Source: Pseudomonadota bacterium (GTDB lineage: Bacteria > Desulfobacterota > Desulfobulbia > Desulfobulbales > JAHJIY01). Taken from it: a stretch of DNA of 64,000 nucleotides. The position numbers and the translations under genes were made by a program. The notes beneath the pieces are model-generated. The model saw only the letters and a program-made list of their open reading frames with translations, was not told the DNA's origin and did no database searches. The stretch covers positions 32,725 to 96,724 of the forward strand of contig JAHJIY010000007.1 of assembly GCA_018823175.1 (NCBI GenBank), given 5' to 3'. Of the stretch, positions 26,336 through 35,460 are shown piece after piece (position 1 is the first letter of the stretch; every line of letters starts with the position of its first letter).

Positions 26336-26952
26336 ACATCGACTTTTTAAGCGCAAAGCTTGATATCTTTATCTCCTTTATGAACAGCGGCGGTTTGGCC
26401 ATGTGGATTCTGTTCGTATTAAACCTTCTCCTTTGGTTCGGCCTGGGACAACGGCGTTTGATCCTGCGACGCGGTACCAATCACAACATCAGACGGCTGG
26501 TTGAAAAACATGTCAGAGAGGAAGGTCGAAAGCCCAGGGGAATTCTTGATCAGGCGATTATCGATGGGCTGGAGGCAGCTGCGGAGGCCCACCAGATCGG
26601 GGCCAAAACGCGAATCTTCATTGATGAAGCCCTCTTCCCATATTTTTCCGCCATCAAGAAACACTCTATCCTGATCAAAACCATTGTGGTGATCGCGCCC
26701 CTGATCGGCCTGCTTGGTACGGTCTCCGGGATGATCGAAACATTCGATGCCTTGCAGACCAGCGCCATGTTTTCACAGGGAGCAAGTATCTCCGGAGGCA
26801 TCTCCAAGGCTCTTTTTACCACCGAGCTCGGTCTGGTGGTGGCTGTGCCCGGCCTGATCATTGGCCGGGTCCTCGACCGCAAGGAATATCGTTTCGCGAT
26901 GGAATTTGATCAGCTGACCAATATCATCTGCACAAAGGAAAACAAGGCATGA
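26332..26952 (+). CDS. exbB: ExbB/TolQ-family proton channel protein
   Basis: IAPLIGLLGTVSGMIETFDAL and GGISKALFTTELGLVVAVPG motifs; start overlaps the upstream stop. Confidence 0.85.
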   Translation: MNIDFLSAKLDIFISFMNSGGLAMWILFVLNLLLWFGLGQRRLILRRGTNHNIRRLVEKHVREEGRKPRGILDQAIIDGLEAAAEAHQIGAKTRIFIDEALFPYFSAIKKHSILIKTIVVIAPLIGLLGTVSGMIETFDALQTSAMFSQGASISGGISKALFTTELGLVVAVPGLIIGRVLDRKEYRFAMEFDQLTNIICTKENKA

Positions 26953-27353
26953 AATTCAGAAGAAAAGATCCACATGTTGAAAATATTGATGTTTCCCCGC
27001 TGATTGACATGGTCTTCATCCTGTTGATTTTTTTCATGGTGTCGACAACCTTTGTCAAGGACCTGAAACTCGACCTGGACCGGCCCAGCGCGGCTTCCGC
27101 CTCTCTGGTCAAAGACAAGGTGATCCGGGTCCATATCGACAAAAACCGGGATATATTCATAGATAATCAAGCAGTCAAAATCTGGGCCATCCAGGCTAAG
27201 CTGCGCGAAATGCTGCGGCATTCGGTGAAAAAATCGGTCCTGGTCATCACCGATACCGCTATTCCGGTGGAAGCGCTCATCGACCTGGTCGACGAGTGCC
27301 GAATGAGCGGGGCCGATGATGTGGCGGTGGCAACCAATAAAGAGCTGGGGTGA
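26949..27353 (+). CDS. exbD: ExbD/TolR-family protein
   Basis: DVSPLIDMVFILLIFFMV N-terminal TM motif; 134 aa; overlaps the exbB stop. Confidence 0.85.
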   Translation: MKFRRKDPHVENIDVSPLIDMVFILLIFFMVSTTFVKDLKLDLDRPSAASASLVKDKVIRVHIDKNRDIFIDNQAVKIWAIQAKLREMLRHSVKKSVLVITDTAIPVEALIDLVDECRMSGADDVAVATNKELG

Positions 27354-27357
27354 GTAT

Positions 27358-28002
27358 ATGTCAACAATGAGATTACATAGACCGATTATGCATGGTTTGG
27401 GAGGCTTTCTGGCCATGCTGATCGGCGGCGGTCTTATGGTGATACTGGTGGTGGCGTTTCAGAAGGGGATAACCAAACAAAAAGTAGTGGTAAGGGAAGA
27501 AACCAGAATCGTCACGACAAAATCGAAACCGAAACAAATGGTTCGCGAGTCCAGACCCCTACAGGCCCAACAAACCAGAAAAATTGATGCCCAGATCCCT
27601 GCTCCGGATCTGGGATTGATAATTGGTGGGATCGCCATGAATATCCCCGAATTCACCCCGGCACCGTTGGTCACCGAAGCAACTGATCTGCTTGACGATA
27701 TTGGCGATAATACGGTGATGACTGAAGATACTGTGGACAGCAAGCCACGAATTACCAACCGGCCGCCGATGGAGTTCCCGAAAAGCGCCGCAAAGGAGGG
27801 CACTACCGGATTTGTCGTCGTCAATCTCCTCATCGGTGAGGATGGAAACGTCGAACTGGTCCGGATCGTCGATTCCCAGCCCCAAGGGGTTTTCGACAAT
27901 ATCGTGATGACCGGAATTCGTAACTGGAACTTTTCCCCCGCAACCTACAAGGGGAAGCCAGTGAAGGTTTGGGCAAAACAAAAAGTGACATTTAAAAGCT
28001 GA
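27358..28002 (+). CDS. tonB: TonB-family energy transducer
   Basis: N-terminal TM and a charged linker. C-terminal TonB domain PEFPKSAAKEGTTGFVVVNLLIGEDGNV…YKGKPVKVW. ATG 27358 lies just after the exbD stop. Confidence 0.8.
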   Translation: MSTMRLHRPIMHGLGGFLAMLIGGGLMVILVVAFQKGITKQKVVVREETRIVTTKSKPKQMVRESRPLQAQQTRKIDAQIPAPDLGLIIGGIAMNIPEFTPAPLVTEATDLLDDIGDNTVMTEDTVDSKPRITNRPPMEFPKSAAKEGTTGFVVVNLLIGEDGNVELVRIVDSQPQGVFDNIVMTGIRNWNFSPATYKGKPVKVWAKQKVTFKS

Positions 28003-28113
28003 CGGTTGTTCACCGTTCTTGTCACCGGTTTTTTCCATCTTTTGAGGCGTTATTCTCCGGCAAAAACTACCGATGTATCATTTTCCGATCGAACTCTGCT
28101 GGTAAAGTTTTTT

Positions 28114-29397
28114 ATGAAAACAGTAATCATCTCGTTCATGATTTGTGCCGCCTTGGGCAGCTCCCTCTATGCCCAGACATCCACCCCGGAGGACCAGATG
28201 GATCATCTTGCCCTGGCTACGCTCATGATTCATGATGGCAGTTATGACAAGGCTTCTTATGAATTGGCCCGGGTCGATCCGGATGAGCCCCGTTTCGACG
28301 GGGCGCGTTACAACACCCTTAAAGGGGTGATCGCCGCCAAAACCGGACATTACCGTCAGGCCATTGATCACTATACAAAAGCGGTCGAAGCGACCAGAAT
28401 CAAGGATTTCAGCCCGCCGAAAATCGAGCGGGAACGGCAGTACCTTTTCTCCATTGGCCAAAGTGATAAACCTGCAAAAGAAGCGGCAATTCCCTCCGGT
28501 TTCAACCCTGAAGCGGTGCGGCGTGAAAAACTGGAAAAACTCTTTCTCTCCCTTGCCCAGGCCTACTATCGGGTTGAAGATTATGCCCGCGCGGCCGAGG
28601 CCCTCGATTTGGCCGGAAGCCGGGGACGGGAGAGGGCAGAACTGTTCAGTCTCAGAGCCGACTGTTACTGGAAATTGCAGGATTATCACCGGGCTATTAG
28701 GGCCCTGAACCGGGGGATTGAACTCTTTCCCGCCAATAGCAGCCTTCTGAAAGGAAAATACACCTATTATTCCGAACTCAATCTTTACAACGCCGCCGGC
28801 GAATTTGCCAAAAAATATCTGGCAACGATCGAACCGGAGGCTAACGACTACCTCAATCTGGCCCATCTCTATAACCTGGCTGAGCGTCTTGATGAGGCTA
28901 TTGCCCTCCTTGAACAGGTAAGGTGGGTTTTTCCCGACAATGCCAAAATCCCCATGCTTCTCGGCCGGTTCTATATGAAAAGCAATATGGATCATGCGGC
29001 GGCCGCACTTTTTCGCAGCGCGGCGGAGATCGACTCAAAGTATTTATCCGATGCCGTTGAGATGTTGCGGCGGATCAAATCCTATCCCCAGGCAATTTAT
29101 TTGAACTCCCAATTGAGCGATACGGCTGAGAAGCTGAAACTAAAGGTGGCGATTCACCTGGACCGGGGTGAATTCGAAAAGGTGATTGGTCTTGGGGACA
29201 GCCTGGAACGGTACAGTATGTTGGACGATGACAACATGCGTTACGCATTTGCCTATGCCTCTTACATGGCCAAGGATTATGACGGCGCCGAGGAGCAGAT
29301 CAGCCGTATCAATGACCGGGAGTTGTACATGAAGGGCATGGTATTGCGAAACAATATCGAAAAATGCCGGAAGGAGAGTACCGAATGCGATCAATGA
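28114..29397 (+). CDS. Periplasmic TPR-repeat protein (TtpD-like position)
   Basis: Signal peptide MKTVIISFMICAALGSSLYA at ATG 28114; TPR-like helical repeats; last gene of the TonB2-type cluster order. Confidence 0.65.
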   Translation: MKTVIISFMICAALGSSLYAQTSTPEDQMDHLALATLMIHDGSYDKASYELARVDPDEPRFDGARYNTLKGVIAAKTGHYRQAIDHYTKAVEATRIKDFSPPKIERERQYLFSIGQSDKPAKEAAIPSGFNPEAVRREKLEKLFLSLAQAYYRVEDYARAAEALDLAGSRGRERAELFSLRADCYWKLQDYHRAIRALNRGIELFPANSSLLKGKYTYYSELNLYNAAGEFAKKYLATIEPEANDYLNLAHLYNLAERLDEAIALLEQVRWVFPDNAKIPMLLGRFYMKSNMDHAAAALFRSAAEIDSKYLSDAVEMLRRIKSYPQAIYLNSQLSDTAEKLKLKVAIHLDRGEFEKVIGLGDSLERYSMLDDDNMRYAFAYASYMAKDYDGAEEQISRINDRELYMKGMVLRNNIEKCRKESTECDQ

Positions 29398-32300
29398 GCA
29401 TGGAACTCTTTATCCCTGCATGGCGTTTATCGTGGAACTGGAGACGGGTGGTTCGACTCGGTTTGCTGAGTGTCTTTCTATGCCTTATGGTTCTCCCTTC
29501 CACCTTGCTTGCCGATGAGATGGGCAGCATCACCGTACTGGTTTTTGAGGGCGGCAAACCCTTGGCCGGGGCCGAGGTGATGGCCAAGGGCGGTATTTCG
29601 GCCCGGACCGATGGAGACGGCGGCGTGAAATTGGAGATGGCCGCAGGTAGCCACCAGCTATTGATCATCGGCAGAGATCCTTTCGGCCGGAACCTGGGTT
29701 ACTTCAGGAGGCAGGTTGAGGTGAGAAAAGGCAAGGATACCATGGTGCTTGCCACCTTTCGTTCCGATAATGACGATCTTATCGAGATCGACACCCCGCT
29801 AGAGGGTAAAAAAGAGCAAAAAATCAAATCGTTTGGGACGGGAACTTTGCAGGGGGCCGTTCTTGACGCCGAAACGGGACTTCCCATCGACAACGCCCGA
29901 ATCTTCATCAAGGGTAGCGCTATCGAGGGCCGAACCGACGAAAACGGTTTATATCGGATCGAAGTTCCCTCCGGCGTTGTCTTTACCGTGTCAATCATCC
30001 ATCCGGAATACTCGGGGCGGACAGTCGATATTCTTGAGGTGGCACAGGGCCAGGAATTTTCCCGGGAGGTTTTGCTCTCTCCCGCCGGTGTGGAACTTGA
30101 AGAGTTTGTTGTCCTGGCCCCAAAGGTGCAGGGTAGTATCACCAGTATAGTCCGGGAAGAGAGAACGACCGTATCCATTGCAAACATCCTCGGTTCCGAA
30201 GAGATGGGTAAAAAAGGAGACAGCTCCGCGGCCGGTGCCCTGAAGAGAGTTACCGGCGTTACCCTGGTCGATGGAGATAATGTCTATGTCCGTGGTCTGG
30301 GTGATCGTTACTCCAATATTGAAATGAACTCCATGCCTCTGCCCTCCCCCAACCCGCTAAAAAGAGTAGTCCCCCTCGATATCTTCCCGGCCGGGGCCAT
30401 CAGCTTAATGAAAGTTCAAAAAAGCGCCACCGCGGACATCCCTTCCAGTTTCGGCGGCGGCTACATCGATATCCACACGAAAGATTCGTCCCGGGAAAAC
30501 TTTCTTAAGGTTTCTCTTGGGGTCGGCGGGAACAGCAATACCGGCGAGAAGGTCTTCTCTTATAAGGGAAGCGATTCGGACGTTTCCGGTTTTGACGATG
30601 GCTACCGGGAGATATCTCCAAATATTTTAAATAATTCCAGTGTGGTTGTCGGTGAAAGAATCACCGGCCTGACTACCGATAATTTCAGTAAAGCGGAGCT
30701 GTCTCAATTTACCCGGGAATACGTCGAAAGGAGTTATGAGGTCGAAAAGGAGAAACAACCCATTGGTTTTGATCTGGGAATCGAAGGCGCCGAAAATTTC
30801 AGCTGGGCCGAAAAGCACGAAGTTGCGCTCTTCGGCTTCTATACCTACGAGACTGACTCCACCTCCAAAATGGAGACTTATAATAAATATGACATGGAAA
30901 AAGCGACCGGCCGGTTGTATCCAGATCCATCCCAGTGGGGGTTAATCGATACGGCAGCAACCGAGTACATCCACAATGGTATGTTGAATATCGGTTATAA
31001 CTACACCGATATTCTCAGAATGAAATACACCAAGCTTTTTACCCATAATGGTGAGAAAACCACCATTGTCGCCGACGGGATTATGGGCTCGAACAATGAG
31101 GACATGACCAAGTATTATTTGAACTGGGAAGAACGCACCATGAATGTCGACCAGTTCAACGGCACCTTCGACTACGAACTGTACGGCAACGAAACCAATT
31201 TCAGGTTCGGGTTGGAAAAAGCAAGCTCTGAACTATACCAGCCGAACAATTACCACTATACCTTCAGAAATGAGGGGGCGCCGTTTCTGGATAACAAGGT
31301 TTCCAACAATATCGCCAATAGACTTGAATCGGATGACAACCTGCTGGCGTTCTATCTGAAAAACAAATTCCACTTCGACCTGTTCAGTCCAGAGGACTTT
31401 ATAGATGTAGGGTTAGCCGTCAGTTCAAAAGAACGGGAGTCGCGTCAAAGCAAATTCTTTCTCAAGAAGCAAGGGGCCGGGTCAATAGTGGACGATCATG
31501 AAATGACCGGAACCATCGAGGAGATATATAACACCTTTGTCCGGCCAGACATCCCTTACGATGAGCGAAGTCTGGTGGTAGGTCAGCTTTTTAAACCCGC
31601 CGACTATTACGATGCCGAGGTTGACGAGACAGCCTTCTACCTAAACTCCTTCTGCAAACCGGAGGAAGATGTGGAGGTTCTTTTCGGCGCCAGGTTCGTC
31701 GATTTCTCCCAGGTTGTCTATCAGTATGTCGAGGACCGGAACAATCCGGACATGTCAAAGCGACGGCTGATCGCCAGGGTCCCCGAAGAACTGACGGTCA
31801 GTGAGGTGTATCCGAGCCTGGGAGTGAAATATAGCTACAATCCCAAGAATATATTCGATCTGGCCCTGTCACAAACCTATATCGCTCCCGATCTAAGGGA
31901 GTTCACCAGCGGTGAATATTTTCATCCCTATGAGGTCGCCACCATTATCGGTAATCCGGACCTGGTTAACACCGATATCTTCAGCTTCGATCTGAAGTAC
32001 GGCCATTATTTTTCCGACATCCAGTACATCAAATTAGGCTTGTTCTATAAATATCTCGATAAGCCGATCGAAGATGTCATGGTCCCCTCGTCATCATTAC
32101 CGATATACTCCTTCGATAATGCCGACAAGGCTACCATGTACGGCCTGGAGATTGACGGCAGGAAAAATCTATCCTTTATCTCCGAATGGCTGGAAAACTA
32201 TTATCTGGCCGGAAACCTGTCGTTTATCGAATCGGAGGTGACCTTGAGGAAGGAGCAGGAAAGCATTTACAGCACCAATAACCGGGAACTCCAAGGGCTT

Positions 32301-32621
32301 TCGCCGATCGTGGTCAACCTTACCTTGGGTTTTGATCGTAGAGACAGAAGCATAACCCTTTCCTACAACAAGATGGGAGAAAGGATCAGGAAAGTCGGTA
32401 TGATTGATGACGGTGACTCCTACCCGGACCAATACGAGGCCCCACCCGCAATCCTTGACTTTGTCTGGATTGAAAAGTTCGGCCACGGACTGAGTCTAAA
32501 GGGCAAGATCGGAAATATTCTGCGTGATGACACGGTCTGGACCCAGGGTAACAGGGTCACCACAAGCTATAAGGATCCGATAAAATTCAGCCTGGAAATC
32601 TCCTTTTCTGCCGGACTTTAG
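29385..32621 (+). CDS. TonB-dependent outer-membrane receptor with two N-terminal carboxypeptidase-regulatory-like domains (Oar-like)
   Basis: Signal peptide. Two beta-sandwich-like modules (GSITVLVFEGGKPLAGAEV…; GTLQGAVLDAETGLPIDNARIFIKGS…TDENGLYRIEVP). Plug region GDSSAAGALKRVTGVTLVDGDNVYVRGLGDRYSNIEMN, then a long barrel. The start is uncertain (ATG 29364, 29385, 29394 or 29400). Confidence 0.8.
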   Translation: MRSMSMELFIPAWRLSWNWRRVVRLGLLSVFLCLMVLPSTLLADEMGSITVLVFEGGKPLAGAEVMAKGGISARTDGDGGVKLEMAAGSHQLLIIGRDPFGRNLGYFRRQVEVRKGKDTMVLATFRSDNDDLIEIDTPLEGKKEQKIKSFGTGTLQGAVLDAETGLPIDNARIFIKGSAIEGRTDENGLYRIEVPSGVVFTVSIIHPEYSGRTVDILEVAQGQEFSREVLLSPAGVELEEFVVLAPKVQGSITSIVREERTTVSIANILGSEEMGKKGDSSAAGALKRVTGVTLVDGDNVYVRGLGDRYSNIEMNSMPLPSPNPLKRVVPLDIFPAGAISLMKVQKSATADIPSSFGGGYIDIHTKDSSRENFLKVSLGVGGNSNTGEKVFSYKGSDSDVSGFDDGYREISPNILNNSSVVVGERITGLTTDNFSKAELSQFTREYVERSYEVEKEKQPIGFDLGIEGAENFSWAEKHEVALFGFYTYETDSTSKMETYNKYDMEKATGRLYPDPSQWGLIDTAATEYIHNGMLNIGYNYTDILRMKYTKLFTHNGEKTTIVADGIMGSNNEDMTKYYLNWEERTMNVDQFNGTFDYELYGNETNFRFGLEKASSELYQPNNYHYTFRNEGAPFLDNKVSNNIANRLESDDNLLAFYLKNKFHFDLFSPEDFIDVGLAVSSKERESRQSKFFLKKQGAGSIVDDHEMTGTIEEIYNTFVRPDIPYDERSLVVGQLFKPADYYDAEVDETAFYLNSFCKPEEDVEVLFGARFVDFSQVVYQYVEDRNNPDMSKRRLIARVPEELTVSEVYPSLGVKYSYNPKNIFDLALSQTYIAPDLREFTSGEYFHPYEVATIIGNPDLVNTDIFSFDLKYGHYFSDIQYIKLGLFYKYLDKPIEDVMVPSSSLPIYSFDNADKATMYGLEIDGRKNLSFISEWLENYYLAGNLSFIESEVTLRKEQESIYSTNNRELQGLSPIVVNLTLGFDRRDRSITLSYNKMGERIRKVGMIDDGDSYPDQYEAPPAILDFVWIEKFGHGLSLKGKIGNILRDDTVWTQGNRVTTSYKDPIKFSLEISFSAGL

Positions 32622-32783
32622 GCCTGGTTCGCCCTCGTATCAAAAACCTCCAATGGAGTTTCGTGAGTTCCGGAACTTCCGGGAACTTCCCGATGTGGAA
32701 TGTTCACTGGCGCCACCATTGATCACCGACGTTAACCTTTCTTGTCAATATCATGAAAAGCTACTCTCAAAATTCATACTTCC

Positions 32784-32965
32784 TGCTGTCTATCAACAAT
32801 TGCACTGTCGGGTGAGGTTTAACCCTGATTTAGAAAATTGTCAGATCAAGTCTGAATTTCCAGATTTTATGGGTATTTTGCCGGCACCCGAAAATTCGGC
32901 AGAACTTGACCCCAACCGCATAAAACCTGTAGAATTTTCTATAGTTGATTATTTAAATTTTATGG
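32784..32965 (+). repeat. 182-bp direct repeat, copy B (right boundary of accessory segment)
   Basis: 175/182 identical to 15533-15714, same orientation. Confidence 0.9.
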
Positions 32966-33026
32966 GGCCACGGTCTTTTCTGGTTAACTAGCTGAAATAG
33001 TTGGTCTTGTCCGGCACGGGGTGAGG

Positions 33027-34496
33027 ATGGAACAGGTGGCGCAAAAGAGACATTTTCTGGTGTTCGAGGTTGCGCCGTACCATTTTTGTGGCCCGGTAGA
33101 TCAAGTTCTGGGGGTCATTATGCCTCCCCGTCTGACTAAAATGCCGCTGGCGCCTTTCCATGTCGCGGGGTCATTTTTGTTCCGGGACCAAGTTGCTTTG
33201 GCCATTGATCTGCGGCGGCTATTCGGGCTTGAGAAATTTACAGAAAATGCCGGGCTGTTTATTGTTTTGCAGTTGGCCTCGGGGATCGTCGGATTCCGGG
33301 TGGACAAGGTGACCGATGTTGTTGCGTCTTCGGAATTTTCACCCTGTGATCTTGGTTTGCCGGGACTCTATCAATTATTTGAAAAGTTTGTCTTTTTTAA
33401 GCAAAAGATCTTACTACAGACTGATTTTGAACTGCTTTTTACGGCAGATAAAGTGGCCGATTTTCTGCCTGGTCTGGAGGCCGGTCTCAGATCAGCCCAG
33501 GGTGAAGAGCCGGAAGATTTGCCGGAAGATCAATCGTTGCTGGCCGGGGGGCAGGCGGAGAAAGGACCTTTCATGATTGGCCGGGATGTCCCGGATAAAT
33601 TGTGGTCTGGGTCTGAATCGGCGGAAAGTAAGGCGGTAGTTGCCACTGGGACCGAGGAAGAAAAAAAATCGGTAAGAATAAAGGTCCCGGCTGATTCCCG
33701 CTCAAGTCCGCCGGTGTTGGAAACAGAGCTGAAAAAAGTATCTGTTCGCCGTGAAAAGAAAGCAGAATCTGCTGCGCCTTTTTCGCAAAGGGCAAGCGGC
33801 CGGGGTGTTTTTGCTCCTTCTTGTGCCTCGCAGATCAGGCCGGGCGAATTAGATCATGATTATTTTTCGGCTCAGGGCAGTGAAAGAAGCGGGGATGAAG
33901 GTTCAGGGGGAGGCTGGTGGCGATTGGGCCTGGCTGGGTTGGGTCTTGTTCTGTTGGTTCTGGTTGTTATGTTTATGTGGCCGGATGAGGTGCGGCAGGG
34001 CTCAAAATCTTATAAAAGAAAGCAGGTGGTTCAGGAGGTCGCGGTTCCGGTCAAGCGGGACATTCCGGTGAAGGTTGAGGATAAAGTGTTGGAGGGTAGG
34101 CCAGAGGTTTCGGTCACTAAGGTGATGGTAGCCCCGATGGTTGAAACCCCGCCGGAACCTGTTCTGAAAGGTTCATCTGAAATGTTGCGGGTTGAGACCA
34201 CTGATTTTACCCTGACCATCGAACGACCGCCGACCAGTAAACGACCAGCGCCCATCGAACGGCAGGCCGTCCCGGCCTTAGTGCAAATAGTAGCGCCGGA
34301 AAAAGGCGTGGACCATGAAGTAGGGATTACCCATCTCGTGGTCAAGAACGATACGCTCTGGGACATTGCCGATAAATACCTGGGAAACCCCCTTAAATAC
34401 GCGGAGCTTGCCAGATTGAGCCGGATCAAGGACCCGCATTGGATTTACCCTGGGGATATTATCCGGATCATTAAAAAAAACGTGAGTAATGAATAA
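33027..34496 (+). CDS. Membrane protein: N-terminal CheW-like domain, one TM, Pro-rich linker, C-terminal LysM
   Basis: CheW-like HFLVFEVAPYHFCGPVDQVLGVI…GIVGFRVDKV. TM WWRLGLAGLGLVLLVLVVMFMW. LysM HLVVKNDTLWDIADKYLGNPLKYAELARLSRIKDPHWIYPGDIIRI. Confidence 0.65.
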   Translation: MEQVAQKRHFLVFEVAPYHFCGPVDQVLGVIMPPRLTKMPLAPFHVAGSFLFRDQVALAIDLRRLFGLEKFTENAGLFIVLQLASGIVGFRVDKVTDVVASSEFSPCDLGLPGLYQLFEKFVFFKQKILLQTDFELLFTADKVADFLPGLEAGLRSAQGEEPEDLPEDQSLLAGGQAEKGPFMIGRDVPDKLWSGSESAESKAVVATGTEEEKKSVRIKVPADSRSSPPVLETELKKVSVRREKKAESAAPFSQRASGRGVFAPSCASQIRPGELDHDYFSAQGSERSGDEGSGGGWWRLGLAGLGLVLLVLVVMFMWPDEVRQGSKSYKRKQVVQEVAVPVKRDIPVKVEDKVLEGRPEVSVTKVMVAPMVETPPEPVLKGSSEMLRVETTDFTLTIERPPTSKRPAPIERQAVPALVQIVAPEKGVDHEVGITHLVVKNDTLWDIADKYLGNPLKYAELARLSRIKDPHWIYPGDIIRIIKKNVSNE

Positions 34497-34499
34497 ATT

Positions 34500-35261
34500 T
34501 CATTTCCCGATAAAAGAATCGAAAATCTCAAATGCCTTTTTTACGACCGGGCTATCGGCCGCCAGTTCCAGGTAAGATTTACCGCTTAGTTCCTGGTTGA
34601 CCAGGTCGTTGCTGGCCGGGATCAGACCGCCCAGTGGCAGGTTGCTTTCGGTGACCGCTTCGTTGATTTTGGCCAGCAGTTCCGGCGAGGCCGGTTCCGG
34701 CACCCGGTTGACGATCAGACATTTTTGCTTTACTTCGATCTTGAGTGGTCCGGTAAGTTCGGAGATTCGTCGGGCGGTTAGGATGCCGCGGGCTGATGGG
34801 TCGGAGGTCACGATCAGATGATCAATCACCCGCAGGTTCATCCGGCTCAGATGCTCCATGCCCGCTTCGTTGTCGACGATAATATATTTGTAATTGCCGG
34901 CCAGATGGTCCATGGTCATCGCCAGGTGTTGGTTGGCGGCGCAGTAGCAGCCGGGGCCGTCGGGTTGGCCCATGGCCATCAGGTCAAAGCCGGTCGCCTC
35001 CACCAGGGACTGGTGCACCTTCATTTCCATAAATTGGTCCCTGGTCATGTTCGGCGGCATGTCGCCTTTGAGCTCTTTTCTGATTTGACCGATGGTCATA
35101 TCGACCTTCAGGTCGAGCAGTTCGTTGAGGTTGGCGTTGGAGTCGGCGTCAACCGCCAGGACCGGGGTCAGATTTTTTTCGGTCAGGTATTTGATCAGCA
35201 GGGCCGAGATGGTGGTTTTGCCGGTACCGCCCTTGCCGGCCATGGCTATGATTTTGGTCAT
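34500..35261 (-). CDS. CooC/AcsF-type MinD-family ATPase (Ni-insertion accessory-like), orphan
   Basis: MTKIIAMAGKGGTGKTTISALL (deviant Walker A), VLAVDADSNANLNELL and GPGCYCAAN motifs. ATG 35261 has RBS GGAGA; the longer ORF to 35474 reads through heptamer repeats. Confidence 0.75.
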   Translation of the reverse strand: MTKIIAMAGKGGTGKTTISALLIKYLTEKNLTPVLAVDADSNANLNELLDLKVDMTIGQIRKELKGDMPPNMTRDQFMEMKVHQSLVEATGFDLMAMGQPDGPGCYCAANQHLAMTMDHLAGNYKYIIVDNEAGMEHLSRMNLRVIDHLIVTSDPSARGILTARRISELTGPLKIEVKQKCLIVNRVPEPASPELLAKINEAVTESNLPLGGLIPASNDLVNQELSGKSYLELAADSPVVKKAFEIFDSFIGK

Positions 35262-35344
35262 TTTATTCTCCTGATTGGTAAGCAGATTGAAAAACAAAAC
35301 TATAGGGAACCCGGGGAGTGATGTCAATGATTGAACAGAGGGAG

Positions 35345-35414
35345 AAGGTTGAAGGTTGAAGGCTGAAGGTATAAGGTCGAAGGCTGAAGGCTGAAGGTAT
35401 AAGGTCGAAGGTTT
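35345..35414. repeat. Heptanucleotide tandem array, 10 x GAAGGYN
   Basis: The units are GAAGGTT GAAGGTT GAAGGCT GAAGGTA TAAGGTC GAAGGCT GAAGGCT GAAGGTA TAAGGTC GAAGGTT, which also shows a 28-bp higher-order periodicity. Confidence 0.9.
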
Positions 35415-35460
35415 TTTCCCGGGGCAGATGAATGATCTTATTCCCACTTGATATCTTTTA

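Noticed and set aside
25031-26356. 441-aa ORF on the minus strand, almost exactly mirroring the 444-aa plus-strand gene
   Set aside because: The plus-strand product carries the conserved MotA/ExbB motif (LLGLLGTVTGMISTF), TM helices, and translational coupling to its neighbours. The antisense product is low-complexity (Gly/Pro/Gln/Asp-rich) with no recognisable motif. It is an antisense open frame produced by codon bias.
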